Assembly: GCA_963847185.1 (NCBI GenBank)
Contig: CAWJYV010000008.1
Coordinates: 1,088,001 to 1,152,000 of the forward strand
Source of the DNA: an uncultured Methanosarcinaceae archaeon
GTDB taxonomy: Archaea > Halobacteriota > Methanosarcinia > Methanosarcinales > Methanosarcinaceae
Length of the DNA stretch: 64,000 nucleotides
Reading direction: 5' to 3'
In this document: piece by piece, positions 34,882-45,101 of the stretch
Layout of the letters: every line of letters begins with the position of its first letter
Position numbering within the stretch: position 1 is the first letter of the stretch
Program-made: the position numbers and the translations under genes
Notes under the pieces: model-generated
The model's input: the letters and a program-made list of their open reading frames with translations, nothing else
Told to the model about the DNA's origin: nothing
Database searches by the model: none

Positions 34882-35981
34882 GCCTTTTCCCCCGATGCCG
34901 TGCTTAACACGGAAACCGAGGAAGGTGACAGAATTCCGTTTTCCTTACAAAAATGCTGTTTCTTTTCCTTTTCGTAAAGTTCTGTGGTAAAAGTCCTGAA
35001 CTGATTGAATTTGACCATTACCTTTCCGTTGTCTATTGCATCTTCGGCAATAGGAATTGCCTGCTTGATGGAACCCACTATCCCGCTCACATAAAGGGCT
35101 GCAGCTGCATTCATGACTACAAGGTCTCTTTTTGGGCCTTTCTGGCCTTTAAAAATGCACAGCAGGTCTCTTGCATTCTCTTTCGGCGTTCCTCCTTTTA
35201 TATCCTCAAGATTTGCTCGCAATATGCCAAGAGATTCTGGGGTTATCGTATAGGTTGAAACCTCACCGTTTTTCAATTCTGCAACATAGGTCTCACCTGT
35301 GTTTGTGATCTCATCCATTCCATCCCCATTGACAACCATGGCATGTTCGGTTCCAAGTTCTGCAAGGGCGTAAGCTATCGGCTCACAGAGCTTTTTATCA
35401 AAAACTCCTATTATCTGCCCTTTTGCACCTGCAGGATTTGTCAGGGGGCCGAGGATGTTGAAGACAGTACGGACTCCTAGTTTTTTTCTGACTCCTGCAA
35501 CCCTCTTCATAGCAGGGTGGAATATCGGAGCAAACATGAACCCTATACCTATCTCTTCTATTGTCTTCCTGACATTTTCCGGCGAAAGATCAACTTTAAT
35601 TCCAAGGGCCTCAAGTGCATCCGAACTTCCTGACTTTGAAGTTGCGGCTCTATTTCCATGTTTGGCCACAGGGACGCCTGCTGCTGCAGTCACTATTGCT
35701 GCTGCTGTCGAGACATTGATTGTATTAAGGCCGTCTCCTCCTGTTCCGCAGGTGTCAACAAGCCTGAAAGACACTCTGGGCCTGATTGTTTTCCCGACTT
35801 TTCTCATCCCTCTAACAAAACCCGCGATTTCTTCGGGTTTTTCCCCTTTTGCCCTCAATGCAAGCAGAAACGCTCCTATTTCTTCATCTTCAGCCGTACT
35901 TAGAATTTCAGCTACTGATGCTTCGGCTTCTTCGGGACTCAGGTCACAGCCTTCCTCCAGTTTTTTAATGTATTTCTGCAT
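34878..35981 (-). CDS. trpD: Anthranilate phosphoribosyltransferase
   Basis: DTCGTGGDG, INVST, KHGNR and RTVFNILGPL motifs. Confidence 0.96.
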   Translation of the reverse strand: MQKYIKKLEEGCDLSPEEAEASVAEILSTAEDEEIGAFLLALRAKGEKPEEIAGFVRGMRKVGKTIRPRVSFRLVDTCGTGGDGLNTINVSTAAAIVTAAAGVPVAKHGNRAATSKSGSSDALEALGIKVDLSPENVRKTIEEIGIGFMFAPIFHPAMKRVAGVRKKLGVRTVFNILGPLTNPAGAKGQIIGVFDKKLCEPIAYALAELGTEHAMVVNGDGMDEITNTGETYVAELKNGEVSTYTITPESLGILRANLEDIKGGTPKENARDLLCIFKGQKGPKRDLVVMNAAAALYVSGIVGSIKQAIPIAEDAIDNGKVMVKFNQFRTFTTELYEKEKKQHFCKENGILSPSSVSVLSTASGEKA

Positions 35982-36115
35982 CTTTCCTACCTCCTTTCAA
36001 ACTCCCACTTCTTCCTTTGTGATTTATTGCAAAATCGTGATCTTGTTAACGTTTATGATTTCTCCTGTTTCGTTAACTTTTTTGATTTTTCCCAGATTTT
36101 TCCTGCCTTTCCCAT

Positions 36116-36967
36116 TTAATTGGCTTTCAGCATTCCGGATTTGAGTTCTCTTGCAAGGGCTTCCAGCCTCTCGTTTACATCTTTACATTCTTCAATAATC
36201 TTGACAAATGCCGAGCCGACTATAACAGCATCGGCTCCAGCTTTTCTAACTTCTTCTGCCTGCTTTCCTGTGGATATCCCGAATCCTACAGCTTTTGGAA
36301 TTTCGGTTTCCACTCTTGCAAGCAGGTCTTTAGCAGAGGATGATACGTCTTCTCTGGTTCCTGTGACTCCGAGTCTTGAGACGAGATATATGAACCCTGA
36401 ACCCCTTTGCAGGATCTTTTTAATTCTATCATTGGTTGTTGTGGGTGCAACCAGGAAGATCAGGTCAAGTCCGTACTTTTCGCAGTTGCTCTTCAGATCG
36501 GCTGCTTCTTCGACCGGGATATCGGGTATGATCAGCCCTCCGATTCCTGCTTTTGCTGCCCCTTCCACAAACTTTTCCACCCCATACCTGAATACAGGGT
36601 TGTAATAGGTCATGCACACGAGAGGAATCCTGACATCGAGAGTTTTAACAAGCTCAAAATAATGCCTGATATCCATGCCTGCTGCAAGCGCTCTCTGCCC
36701 CGCTACCTGGATTGTCGGACCATCGGCTACGGGATCTGAGAAAGGAAAACCAAGTTCTATAATATCTGCTCCGCCTGCAGCCAGAGCTTTTACAAACTTC
36801 GATGTTGCTTCTGCAGAGGGGTCTCCTGCCATTATGTAGCAGATAAGAGCTCCTTCCTTTCTGTCCCTGAGTTCGCTGAATTTTTCTGAGATTTTTTGTC
36901 TTGTTACCCCGGCTTTCATTTCAGCTTTCATTTCGGTTTTCAGCTCAGTTCTTACTTCAGTTCCCAT
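36116..36967 (-). CDS. trpA: Tryptophan synthase alpha subunit
   Basis: AGDP, ELGFPFSDPVADGPTIQ, GVTG and GFGIS motifs, with short 12-bp repeats in the N-terminal extension. Confidence 0.96.
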   Translation of the reverse strand: MGTEVRTELKTEMKAEMKAGVTRQKISEKFSELRDRKEGALICYIMAGDPSAEATSKFVKALAAGGADIIELGFPFSDPVADGPTIQVAGQRALAAGMDIRHYFELVKTLDVRIPLVCMTYYNPVFRYGVEKFVEGAAKAGIGGLIIPDIPVEEAADLKSNCEKYGLDLIFLVAPTTTNDRIKKILQRGSGFIYLVSRLGVTGTREDVSSSAKDLLARVETEIPKAVGFGISTGKQAEEVRKAGADAVIVGSAFVKIIEECKDVNERLEALARELKSGMLKAN

Positions 36968-36968
36968 C

Positions 36969-38177
36969 TCAGATCCCTCTTTTCAGGCTCAGGACGGTTT
37001 CAAGGTCTTTATCCCCTCGTCCTGACAGGTTTACAACCACAACCTCTTCCAGTTCTCCGGCTTCTGCTGCTTTCTTCAGATAAGCAAGGGCATGGGAAGA
37101 TTCCAGAGCAGGAATTATTCCTTCAAGCCGGCTCAATTCATGAAAAGCTTCAAGGGCTTCGTCGTCAATCGCGTAACGGGCTGTAACCCTGCCGCTTTCG
37201 GCCAGGTAAGCCAGTTCAGGCCCTACTCCTGAGTAATCAAGCCCTGCAGAAATGGATTCGGATTCAAGTATCTGCCCGTTTTTATCCTGCAGCACTTTTG
37301 TCCTGGCCCCATGCAGAATTCCTTCTTCTCCTGCACAGAGGCAGGCTGAGTGAAGAGCTGCTTTTTCCGTACTTTTCAGGGCTTTTCCTCCGGCTTCAAC
37401 AGCAATTAGTTTGACTTCTCTGTCTTCTACAAAAGGATGGAAAATTCCCATTGCGTTACTCCCACCGCCAGCGCAGGCAATAATCGAATCAGGCAGACGC
37501 CCTTCCTTTTCAAGAATCTGCTCTTTTACCTCGCGTCCGATAACGCTTTGAAAATCCCTTACAATTACAGGATAGGGATGAGGGCCAACTACCGAGCCGA
37601 TCAGGTAGTGTGTATTTCCAATGTTTGTGACCCAATCCCTGAAGGCCTCATTAATTGCATCCTTGAGAGTTTTTGAGCCTGTATGCACGGCTTTTACTTC
37701 GGTACCCATTAGTTCCATGCGGTATGCATTCATCTGCTGGCGTTTGACGTCTTTTGCCCCCATGTACACAATGGTTTCAAATCCGAGATTCGCTCCTGCC
37801 ATTGCTGTTGCAGTCCCATGCTGTCCTGCCCCGGTTTCTGCGATCAACCTTTTCTTTCCCATGTATTTTGCAAGCAGGGCCTGCCCTATTGCGTTGTTTA
37901 ATTTATGGGCCCCTCCGTGCACAAGGTCTTCTCGCTTAAGGTAAATTTTTGATCCGTATTTTTTGCTCAGGTTTCTGGCAAGATAAAGAGGTGTTTTTCT
38001 GCCTGCAAAATCCCGAAGGTAATGGTCGAGTTCTGCAAGAAACTCGGGGTCGTTTTTATATCTCTCATATCCTTTTTCCAGTTCTTCCAAAGCAGGCATG
38101 AGGACTTCTGGTACGTATTGTCCTCCATATTTTCCATACTTCCCTTTTACCTGTAGTTCTGTTATAGTTCCTGTCAA
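36969..38177 (-). CDS. trpB: Tryptophan synthase beta subunit
   Basis: GGQYVPE, KREDL, GAHKLNN (PLP Lys), [15 protein letters not shown] and NLSGRGDKD motifs. Confidence 0.97.
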   Translation of the reverse strand: MTGTITELQVKGKYGKYGGQYVPEVLMPALEELEKGYERYKNDPEFLAELDHYLRDFAGRKTPLYLARNLSKKYGSKIYLKREDLVHGGAHKLNNAIGQALLAKYMGKKRLIAETGAGQHGTATAMAGANLGFETIVYMGAKDVKRQQMNAYRMELMGTEVKAVHTGSKTLKDAINEAFRDWVTNIGNTHYLIGSVVGPHPYPVIVRDFQSVIGREVKEQILEKEGRLPDSIIACAGGGSNAMGIFHPFVEDREVKLIAVEAGGKALKSTEKAALHSACLCAGEEGILHGARTKVLQDKNGQILESESISAGLDYSGVGPELAYLAESGRVTARYAIDDEALEAFHELSRLEGIIPALESSHALAYLKKAAEAGELEEVVVVNLSGRGDKDLETVLSLKRGI

Positions 38178-38193
38178 TTCAATTACTCCCTTG

Positions 38194-38261
38194 TTTAATC
38201 TGGTAATTTTAATCTGGTAATTTTAATCTGGTAATTTTAATCTGGTAATTTTAATCTGGTA
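38194..38261. repeat. 14-bp tandem repeat (TTTAATCTGGTAAT x ~4.9)
   Basis: Perfect units at 38194, 38208, 38222 and 38236 and a partial unit at 38250, just upstream of the trpB SD. Confidence 0.95.
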
Positions 38262-38375
38262 GCTTAATTTCTGAGTTCCATAATTTCATGAAATAAAATT
38301 CGGTTTTCGAGTGAATCGGATTTTCCAGTCCGAATTCAGGCAGGCCGAAAGCTCCGGATAATACAGGAAAAACAG

Positions 38376-39182
38376 TTATTCACGCCAGCCAAGACTCTGG
38401 ACGAATTCTTTGGTTTTATCAAAAACAGAAGCACTTTCCATAAGTGCCGATCCGATCAGTACAGCGTCTGCTCCTGCCCGGATAACTCTCCTGACATCTT
38501 CTGCGCTGTTCATCCCGCTTTCGCTTATGATTATGTGTCTGGTCCCGTGATCTAGGTCATATTCCCTGACAAGAGGTGCAAGCTCGTCGGTGGTTTCCAG
38601 ATCTATTTTAAGAGTCTCAAAGTTCCGGTTGTTAATCCCAATAACTTTTGCGGCGGTTTCCAGGGCAAGTTCAAGCTCTTCCCTGTTGTGAACCTCAACC
38701 AGCGGCTCAAAACCTTTTTCAAGGGCAAGATCGACAAAAGAACCCAGTTCTTTTCCAAGGATACCTGCAATCAGTAGTATGAGGTCGCTTTCTGCTTCTC
38801 CCAACTGTACACTGTCAATTATGAAATCTTTTCTGAGAACAGGTATGCATACCGTTTTTCTGACAGCCTCCAGGTTTTCAATTGAACCTCGAAAAACCCC
38901 AGGCTCTGTCAGGACAGAAACTGCTACAGCTCCTGCTTCTTCCATTTCCAGTGCGAGCTCTGCAGCTGCAGCAGGCGGAATATCCCTGAAAGTTTTTCCC
39001 GGAGATGCCGGCTTGACTTCTGCAATTACAGGTACCCGCCCTTCTGCTTTGGCATCTTCCAGAGCAGAGAGAAAATTCCTTTTCTCAAACTGCTTCTGCA
39101 GGTCTTCAGGACATTTATGTGGCCCGAATGCCTGGATGCGGGTTTTTGTCGTGTTGAGGATATGGAGAATTGAAGAGTGCAT
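38376..39182 (-). CDS. trpC: Indole-3-glycerol phosphate synthase
   Basis: IAEVKPASP, SVLTE, LRKDFI, GINNR, SESG and LIGSALM motifs. Confidence 0.96.
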   Translation of the reverse strand: MHSSILHILNTTKTRIQAFGPHKCPEDLQKQFEKRNFLSALEDAKAEGRVPVIAEVKPASPGKTFRDIPPAAAAELALEMEEAGAVAVSVLTEPGVFRGSIENLEAVRKTVCIPVLRKDFIIDSVQLGEAESDLILLIAGILGKELGSFVDLALEKGFEPLVEVHNREELELALETAAKVIGINNRNFETLKIDLETTDELAPLVREYDLDHGTRHIIISESGMNSAEDVRRVIRAGADAVLIGSALMESASVFDKTKEFVQSLGWRE

Positions 39183-39195
39183 TTATCATCACTAA

Positions 39196-39240
39196 TGTCT
39201 CTTTATGTACATCAATGTCTAATGCAGTACTTCATATAAA
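39196..39240 (-). promoter_or_regulatory. trp operon promoter with phased TRP-box-like hexamers
   Basis: TATA TTTATATG (39240-39233). The hexamers tgtctc/TGTACA/tgtcta/AGTACT start at 39196, 39206, 39216 and 39226 (exact 10-bp period). Confidence 0.6.
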
Positions 39241-39257
39241 TAGGTTTTGGATTGGTA

Positions 39258-39325
39258 AGCTTTGCACCTAAAGTCCAATTTTCGAGGTACTTTAGGTGCA
39301 GAATTGGAACTTTAGGTGCAAAGCC
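39258..39325. mobile_element. 68-bp MITE-like element (IS5/IS903-like ends)
   Basis: aGCTTTGCACCTAAAGT-CCAATT ... AATTGGAACTTTAGGTGCAAAGCc, flanked by the imperfect direct repeat ggattggta / ggattgtgt. Confidence 0.6.
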
Positions 39326-39536
39326 GGATTGTGTAAGAATCAGAATTTGGAAATTTTGCCTCCGGGGAATTAGAGATCCCTTACAATTTTTTATTGTAAT
39401 GTTCCAGATCACAATCTTCCGTTATTTTATAAAGTTCACAGGTTTTTCGAGCCTTCAATTCACAGAGAATACACTTGTGACCACGGAAAGTACTATATAT
39501 ATTAATCAAGTGTATGCCCCAGATTGAGGTGCACTT

Positions 39537-40172
39537 ATGGAAACAAAAACCATTAAAATCAGTGCAGAACTGTACGAAGCACTCGATTTTTGCAGGGATA
39601 GAGATAGCGATATCGGGTGGGAGTCAAAAACCACAATAATCACCAAATTGCTGGCTCGATATGATGATACCTGTCAACTTATACATGAAAACGGGGACTA
39701 TTGGTTCGTTATTAACGGCAGGAAACGGAAATTTCCAAAACTTTCTAATGCTACGGAAAATGTAAAAATAACTCAAGATCTTTATCAAAGACTTAGCGAA
39801 GCTAAAATCCATCCTGACGAGACAATAAATACTGTCCTTCAGCGTTTACTGTTTTCGTACTATGGCAACAAGCTGGTATATCGCATAAATATAAAATCCG
39901 CTAGCGACGAAGACAGCCAGGACTTAATGTTTTTCATGCGCGAACTGCTGCTGACAGAACCAAAGTTTAACAACTCATTATTTGTCGAAGTTCTAAACGT
40001 AGAAAATTACCCGGAAATAAAAAGCAAATACGAGAAAAATACGTTGCCATTGTCTATATTATACAATTTTGAAGAACTTGAAGTCTGGCGCATGGAAGAA
40101 AAGCATGACTTAGCTGAAGTGAGAAGAAAGTTGGAGTCATTTATCGATTCTTCAGAAGAGCTTACAGGTTGA
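39537..40172 (+). CDS. Putative DNA-binding protein: two RHH/antitoxin-like modules plus thioredoxin-like fold
   Basis: TKTIKISAELYEAL...ESKTTIITKLL, ENVKITQDLYQRLSEAKIHPDETINTVLQRLL and C-terminal VLNVENYPEIKSKY...LP. GAGGTG SD and an upstream TATA are present. Confidence 0.7.
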   Translation: METKTIKISAELYEALDFCRDRDSDIGWESKTTIITKLLARYDDTCQLIHENGDYWFVINGRKRKFPKLSNATENVKITQDLYQRLSEAKIHPDETINTVLQRLLFSYYGNKLVYRINIKSASDEDSQDLMFFMRELLLTEPKFNNSLFVEVLNVENYPEIKSKYEKNTLPLSILYNFEELEVWRMEEKHDLAEVRRKLESFIDSSEELTG

Positions 40173-40515
40173 CATGGCGCACATGCAAAAGTCAATTCTT
40201 CTTCGATAGGACACTAATTATTATAAACATAATAAAAATAATAACTATTAAGTCTGTACATTCAAATAGACCAGTCCATCCAAACATTATGTAGGCCAGG
40301 GCAAGAAAAAGAATTGGTAGACTTGTATATATGATATATTTGCAGTTAATCACAATATCTTTAAACGCAGTGAATGAATAAATAAATTACTTATGTTATG
40401 CCCTTTATCTCTCAGTAAACTCCAAATAAATTATCCTGCATTTATTGTTTAGAGGGTTAAGGTTCCATCTTTTTATCTAAAATTTTGCAAAAGCACAAGC
40501 TTCAGGTTCTCAACT

Positions 40516-41151
40516 TCAAAACTGTTCAAGGAGCGAAACCATCCCTTTTACACTTGTGAACATATCTCCGATCACAGGTGTAGTATTATTAGGGGTTCCC
40601 ATGGTCATATTGGCAGATTCGATCATATTATCCGGATATGTTAAACTTGAGTTGATCTGTGACATCGTTGCGTTTAAAGAATGAAGAGTAACATTGGAAT
40701 TGCTTGTATTATTGGGGTCCATATTCAGGATAACAAGTATATTATCCACTGTTTTTATACCTTCATCTGTCCCTTCAATAGTGGGCTGGAGAAAAGGAAA
40801 TTCTTCTAAATGGGCGTTAAGAGTCTCGTTTATAAGGTGAAGATTGAGGTTAAGCATTTGCAGCATGGATGTCAGGAAATTAAGGTTCAACTTTATTTCC
40901 TGTGATATTAGTCCAGTTACATTAGACGAGGACATTTCATTAAATGGAAGTATTTCATTGAATGAGGAAGTTTCACCGGATAAAGCTGTCTCATTATTTG
41001 AAGAAATCAAATCGTCAATTGAAGTCTCAGAGGTGCCGTTTTCAAGAATGGTTCCAACTACCGGATTTGATGCTCCAAGAGCTGAAATAATAGATATTAT
41101 GAGTAAGAATCCTGCGAATATTGACAGGAATATATATTTATAGCTGTCCAT
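40516..41151 (-). CDS. Hypothetical secreted/membrane-anchored Asn/Ser/Thr-rich protein
   Basis: N-terminal hydrophobic helix, many N-x-S/T sequons, ATG 41151 after GTGGGG. Confidence 0.7.
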   Translation of the reverse strand: MDSYKYIFLSIFAGFLLIISIISALGASNPVVGTILENGTSETSIDDLISSNNETALSGETSSFNEILPFNEMSSSNVTGLISQEIKLNLNFLTSMLQMLNLNLHLINETLNAHLEEFPFLQPTIEGTDEGIKTVDNILVILNMDPNNTSNSNVTLHSLNATMSQINSSLTYPDNMIESANMTMGTPNNTTPVIGDMFTSVKGMVSLLEQF

Positions 41152-41656
41152 ATAAATGGTCCCCACTATCAATGTTAAGAACTTAATGTACGTTCTTCTT
41201 TATTCAAAAATAGCCAGATTGGATATAAAAACATACGGATTAGGATAAAATATTCTATTAAGTATATAATATGGAATAGCTGAAGAAAAAAAGATTCTGA
41301 GAAAGTCTTCTCGTTTTTGTTTTACTTTAATTCCTTTTATGTCATAAATTTTAAATAAATCTTTAGAACTTGTCACAAAAACCAAAATATCCGGAAATTG
41401 TATCCAATAAGTATATATATATTCAATAGCTTCAAATATATTTTTAAAGCTATTTTTTATAAAATACTGTCCATTCAAAACTTATGATTTTTCTCTTCTA
41501 ATCCCGTACATAAAATTCACTATCTATAGGACATACGGGCACGTTCGACCAAACACAACAAACAAAAACTAAGGCATTAGTTTTTTGGTTTTCCTTCCAG
41601 ATAATGCCTGAAGTCCCGACTCTCATATCAGAACAAAAGCAAAATGACTATCGAAA

Positions 41657-41870
41657 CTCCCAGAAAATTCCCGATTTCCTGTGATCCCGAAGCGAAACTT
41701 TGGATTCTAAACTATAATTAGTCCTCTTGGGCGAAGCGAAGAGGGCGTTGTGCTCCTGAAGCGAAACTCGGGTGCCAAAGTGAAACTCGGGATTCTAAAT
41801 CATAAATTCGTCCTCTTGAGCGAAGCGAAAAGGACTGCGGGCTCCCGAATCGCAATTCGGGAAGCGAAGG
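41657..41870. repeat. Composite REP-like interspersed repeat, copy 2
   Basis: Two internal units GGATTCTAAA.ATAA.T.GTCCTCTTG.GCGAAGCGAA.AGG...TCGGG, homologous to 18976-19235. Confidence 0.8.
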
Positions 41871-41972
41871 ATTTACATGCAAGGGAAGCATAAAGTGCAC
41901 AAAAAAGCCGCCTAAAAGACAGGATAATAAAAATGAATTAAAATTAGACTGGAAAATGATAGAGGAAGAGAA

Positions 41973-42440
41973 ATGGCTGTATGGAAGGGAAAGAAAGTGG
42001 TTTTAAACACCACTATGGGTGACATTACGATCGAGCTTTTTGAGGACATGCCTATTACTGCAGGTAATTTTGCAAAACTCGTGGACAAAGGGTTCTATAA
42101 CGGAACAGTCTTCCACAGGATCATTGACAAATTTATGATCCAGGGTGGAGACCCGACAGGGACAGGCATGGGAGGCCCGGGATACGAGATTCCGGATGAG
42201 TTCACAAAGCACAACCGAAACGATAAGGGGACCATTTCCATGGCAAATGCAGGCCCTAACACAGGTGGCAGTCAGTTCTTTATCAATCTTGTGAATAATA
42301 ACTATCTCGACAAAATGCATCCTGTTTTCGGAAAAATAGTCGAAGGAATGGATGTCGTAGATACCATGGGAAAAGTGAAAACTGACCGTCAGGACCGCCC
42401 AAAAACAGAAGTGAAGATTATAAAAGCCGAACTGGTCTGA
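41973..42440 (+). CDS. Cyclophilin-type peptidyl-prolyl cis-trans isomerase
   Basis: FHRIIDKFMIQGGDPTGTG, SMANAGPNTGGSQFFI and HPVFG motifs. Confidence 0.96.
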   Translation: MAVWKGKKVVLNTTMGDITIELFEDMPITAGNFAKLVDKGFYNGTVFHRIIDKFMIQGGDPTGTGMGGPGYEIPDEFTKHNRNDKGTISMANAGPNTGGSQFFINLVNNNYLDKMHPVFGKIVEGMDVVDTMGKVKTDRQDRPKTEVKIIKAELV

Positions 42441-43072
42441 AGAAGCAACTATTCTATTGATTAGTTCTTTTTCCGATATCGGCAAAGCTTAGATGTGATA
42501 TTGGCAGCCTGGGTATTATCGATGGTCAAGATCTGATATACGTCAGTTCGCCTTACACATCTTAACTTACATATACACACCTTAACTTACATAAATTGAT
42601 CAATAAATGAATAGCATTAGATTTATACCGAATTTAGGATTTATCTTATTCGCTTTCCAAAAACCATGATCCAAGAAAATAAGCTTTTACTGACCAGGTA
42701 AACTGTTTAGATAAATGATATCATAGACGGTTACTATAGTCATGGTTACAAAGCTACACAGGTGCAAACTTCAACTTGTCTTAAAAAGACTTAAAAGCTC
42801 TTGAATCTCTGGATCTCTCTCCTGGCTTCTTTAATTTAGAAGAGCTACTCGGGAAAGCTTTATCTGTTCTTATCTATAATCTCAATGTAATCTAAGATAT
42901 CATTCAGGACTGGGTTAGCTGAGTCAAAATAATTAAAACATTTTCTACTAAGTTATATCTTGGATTTTTATATCATATGGTTTGCAGCATATTTATTTAA
43001 CATATAAAACAGATAATAAATCCATCAACACATTTTAAACTTATACCTAAACTCGAAAGGACAGGATAATAA

Positions 43073-44089
43073 ATGGTTAAAGCAAAAGTTGCAGTAAACG
43101 GTTACGGGACTATCGGTAAAAGAGTTGCAGATGCCGTAACGGCTCAGACCGATATGGAAATTATTGGGGTTTCCAAGACGAAGCCAAACTATGAAGCTGC
43201 AGTGGCCAAACAGCTTGGGTATGATATATATGCTCCTGCTGCAAATCTGGGAGCTTTTGAGAAGGCAGGCATACCTGCAGCAGGGTCCATTGAAGAAATG
43301 GTAGAAAAGGCTGATGTGGTTGTGGACTGTACTCCTGGGGGAGTTGGAGAGGAAAATAAAGCTCTGTATCAGAAAGCCGGAGTAAAGGCAATCTGGCAGG
43401 GCGGCGAAGATCACGAACTTGCAGGTTTTTCGTTTAATGCAATTTGCAACTACGAACAGGCTCTGGGCCGCGATCTGGTAAGGGTTGTTTCCTGTAATAC
43501 CACAGGGCTTTGCAGAGTTATCTACCCGGTAGATAAAGAATTAGGGATAAAAAAGGTTAGGGTAACTCTTGCAAGAAGGGCAGTCGATCCAAATGATGTA
43601 AAGAAAGGACCGATTAACGCAATAGTGCCTGATCCTATTAAGCTTCCATCTCATCACGGGCCTGATGTAAAGAGTGTACTTCCGCAGATTGACATTACAA
43701 GTGCAGCTCTGAAAATTCCGACAACTCTAATGCACGTACATGTTGTAAATATGGAAGTTAGTACCGATTGCACTGCAGACGATATTAAGAATATTTTCGG
43801 TTCTCAGTCCAGAATACGTTTCGTAGGGCAGGGCATGTCATCGACAGCAGAAATCATTGAATTTGGACGGGACATGGGACGCCCCAGAAACGATATGTGG
43901 GAGAATTGCATCTGGCCTGAATCCATAACAGTCAGTGAGAAAGAACTCTATTTCTTCCAGGCCATTCACCAGGAGTCAATTGTAGTTCCCGAAAACGTTG
44001 ATGCTATCAGGGCAATGATGGAACTGGAAAGTAGCGGTGCAAAATCAATCGAGAAAACAAATAAAGCTATGGGATTGTACAATAAATAA
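43073..44089 (+). CDS. gap: Archaeal (type II) glyceraldehyde-3-phosphate dehydrogenase
   Basis: VNGYGTIGKRVADA, VVSCNTTGL, PSHHGPDV and HQESIVVPEN motifs. Confidence 0.96.
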   Translation: MVKAKVAVNGYGTIGKRVADAVTAQTDMEIIGVSKTKPNYEAAVAKQLGYDIYAPAANLGAFEKAGIPAAGSIEEMVEKADVVVDCTPGGVGEENKALYQKAGVKAIWQGGEDHELAGFSFNAICNYEQALGRDLVRVVSCNTTGLCRVIYPVDKELGIKKVRVTLARRAVDPNDVKKGPINAIVPDPIKLPSHHGPDVKSVLPQIDITSAALKIPTTLMHVHVVNMEVSTDCTADDIKNIFGSQSRIRFVGQGMSSTAEIIEFGRDMGRPRNDMWENCIWPESITVSEKELYFFQAIHQESIVVPENVDAIRAMMELESSGAKSIEKTNKAMGLYNK

Positions 44090-44293
44090 ATTTACGGGAC
44101 TGTACAAGTGGAGCTATGGGGCTGTAAGTCTCTGGAAACTTCGGTTTTTGAGGGCTCTGGCTTAAAAGATGTTCAATCTGATTATCCCGGAGCCCTACAG
44201 CCTGGGTTTTGTGTTTCCGAGAATCCTAATACCCATATTCTGTATCTGGATAATAGAATCTGAAGCTTTTGAATTAAGTAAACTGGCTTAAAT

Positions 44294-45100
44294 ATGAACT
44301 CATTAGATTCAAGTTTTTTGAAATTATCCCGGGAAGCTTTTAAAGCCGCGTCAGATTCAATCAGGAATCTTGAAGGCACTGATGCGGCAGCCAGCTTTGT
44401 TCGTATGGGAGCCGACGGGACACCTACTACCAAAATAGATCTTGTAGCAGAGGATGCTATCATTGATGTGCTTAAAGCCGACGGTAGGTCAATGAGGATT
44501 ATAAGTGAGGAAAGGGGAGAGCTTGTTCTGGGAGACTCCCCTGAGTTTTCCATTGTTCTTGACCCTCTTGATGGGACATATAATTCCTATGCTGGAATTC
44601 CTTTCTATAGTGTTTCAATGGCTGTTGCTTCCGTTGACCTTTCAGATATCAGATTTGGATATGTCAGTAATCTTGCATTACGTGAAGAATATTATGCAGA
44701 ATCCGGAAGAGGAGCCTACCTTAATGGGAAAATGATTAAAACTTCACCTAATTCGGATCTGCGGGAACTGTGTGTAAGTGTTTACGGCTACAGACAAAAC
44801 GTGGAAAGAACCCGAAAAATTTACAAAAATGTCAGACGTATAAGGTTATTTGGGAGTGTAGCACTCGAAATGTGCTATGTGGCCTCAGGCAGGCTTGACG
44901 CCCTTGTAGATGTTCGAAACGCTTTGCGTGTAACGGATGTGGCAGCAGGGATACTTATTTTAGCGGAGGCAGGAGGGCTTGTAACAGACGGGCATGGAAA
45001 TCCTTTTAAGCTTCCTGATAGTGTAACTGCTAGAATCGAAATGGTCGCATCCAATGGACATGTTCACGAAAAACTTTTAAAACTACTCTCAGGAGGATAA
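44294..45100 (+). CDS. suhB: Bifunctional fructose-1,6-bisphosphatase/inositol monophosphatase
   Basis: GADGTPT..ID, SEE, DPLDGT, GSVALE and DVAAG motifs. Confidence 0.9.
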   Translation: MNSLDSSFLKLSREAFKAASDSIRNLEGTDAAASFVRMGADGTPTTKIDLVAEDAIIDVLKADGRSMRIISEERGELVLGDSPEFSIVLDPLDGTYNSYAGIPFYSVSMAVASVDLSDIRFGYVSNLALREEYYAESGRGAYLNGKMIKTSPNSDLRELCVSVYGYRQNVERTRKIYKNVRRIRLFGSVALEMCYVASGRLDALVDVRNALRVTDVAAGILILAEAGGLVTDGHGNPFKLPDSVTARIEMVASNGHVHEKLLKLLSGG

Positions 45101-45101
45101 G

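Noticed and set aside
35455-36605. 229-aa and 161-aa plus-strand ORFs
   Set aside because: They are antisense to trpD and trpA
42555-42595. Two-copy 20-bp repeat (cacaYcttaacttacata); also a two-copy ~38-bp repeat at 7260-7330
   Set aside because: These are simple local duplications with no further evidence of function
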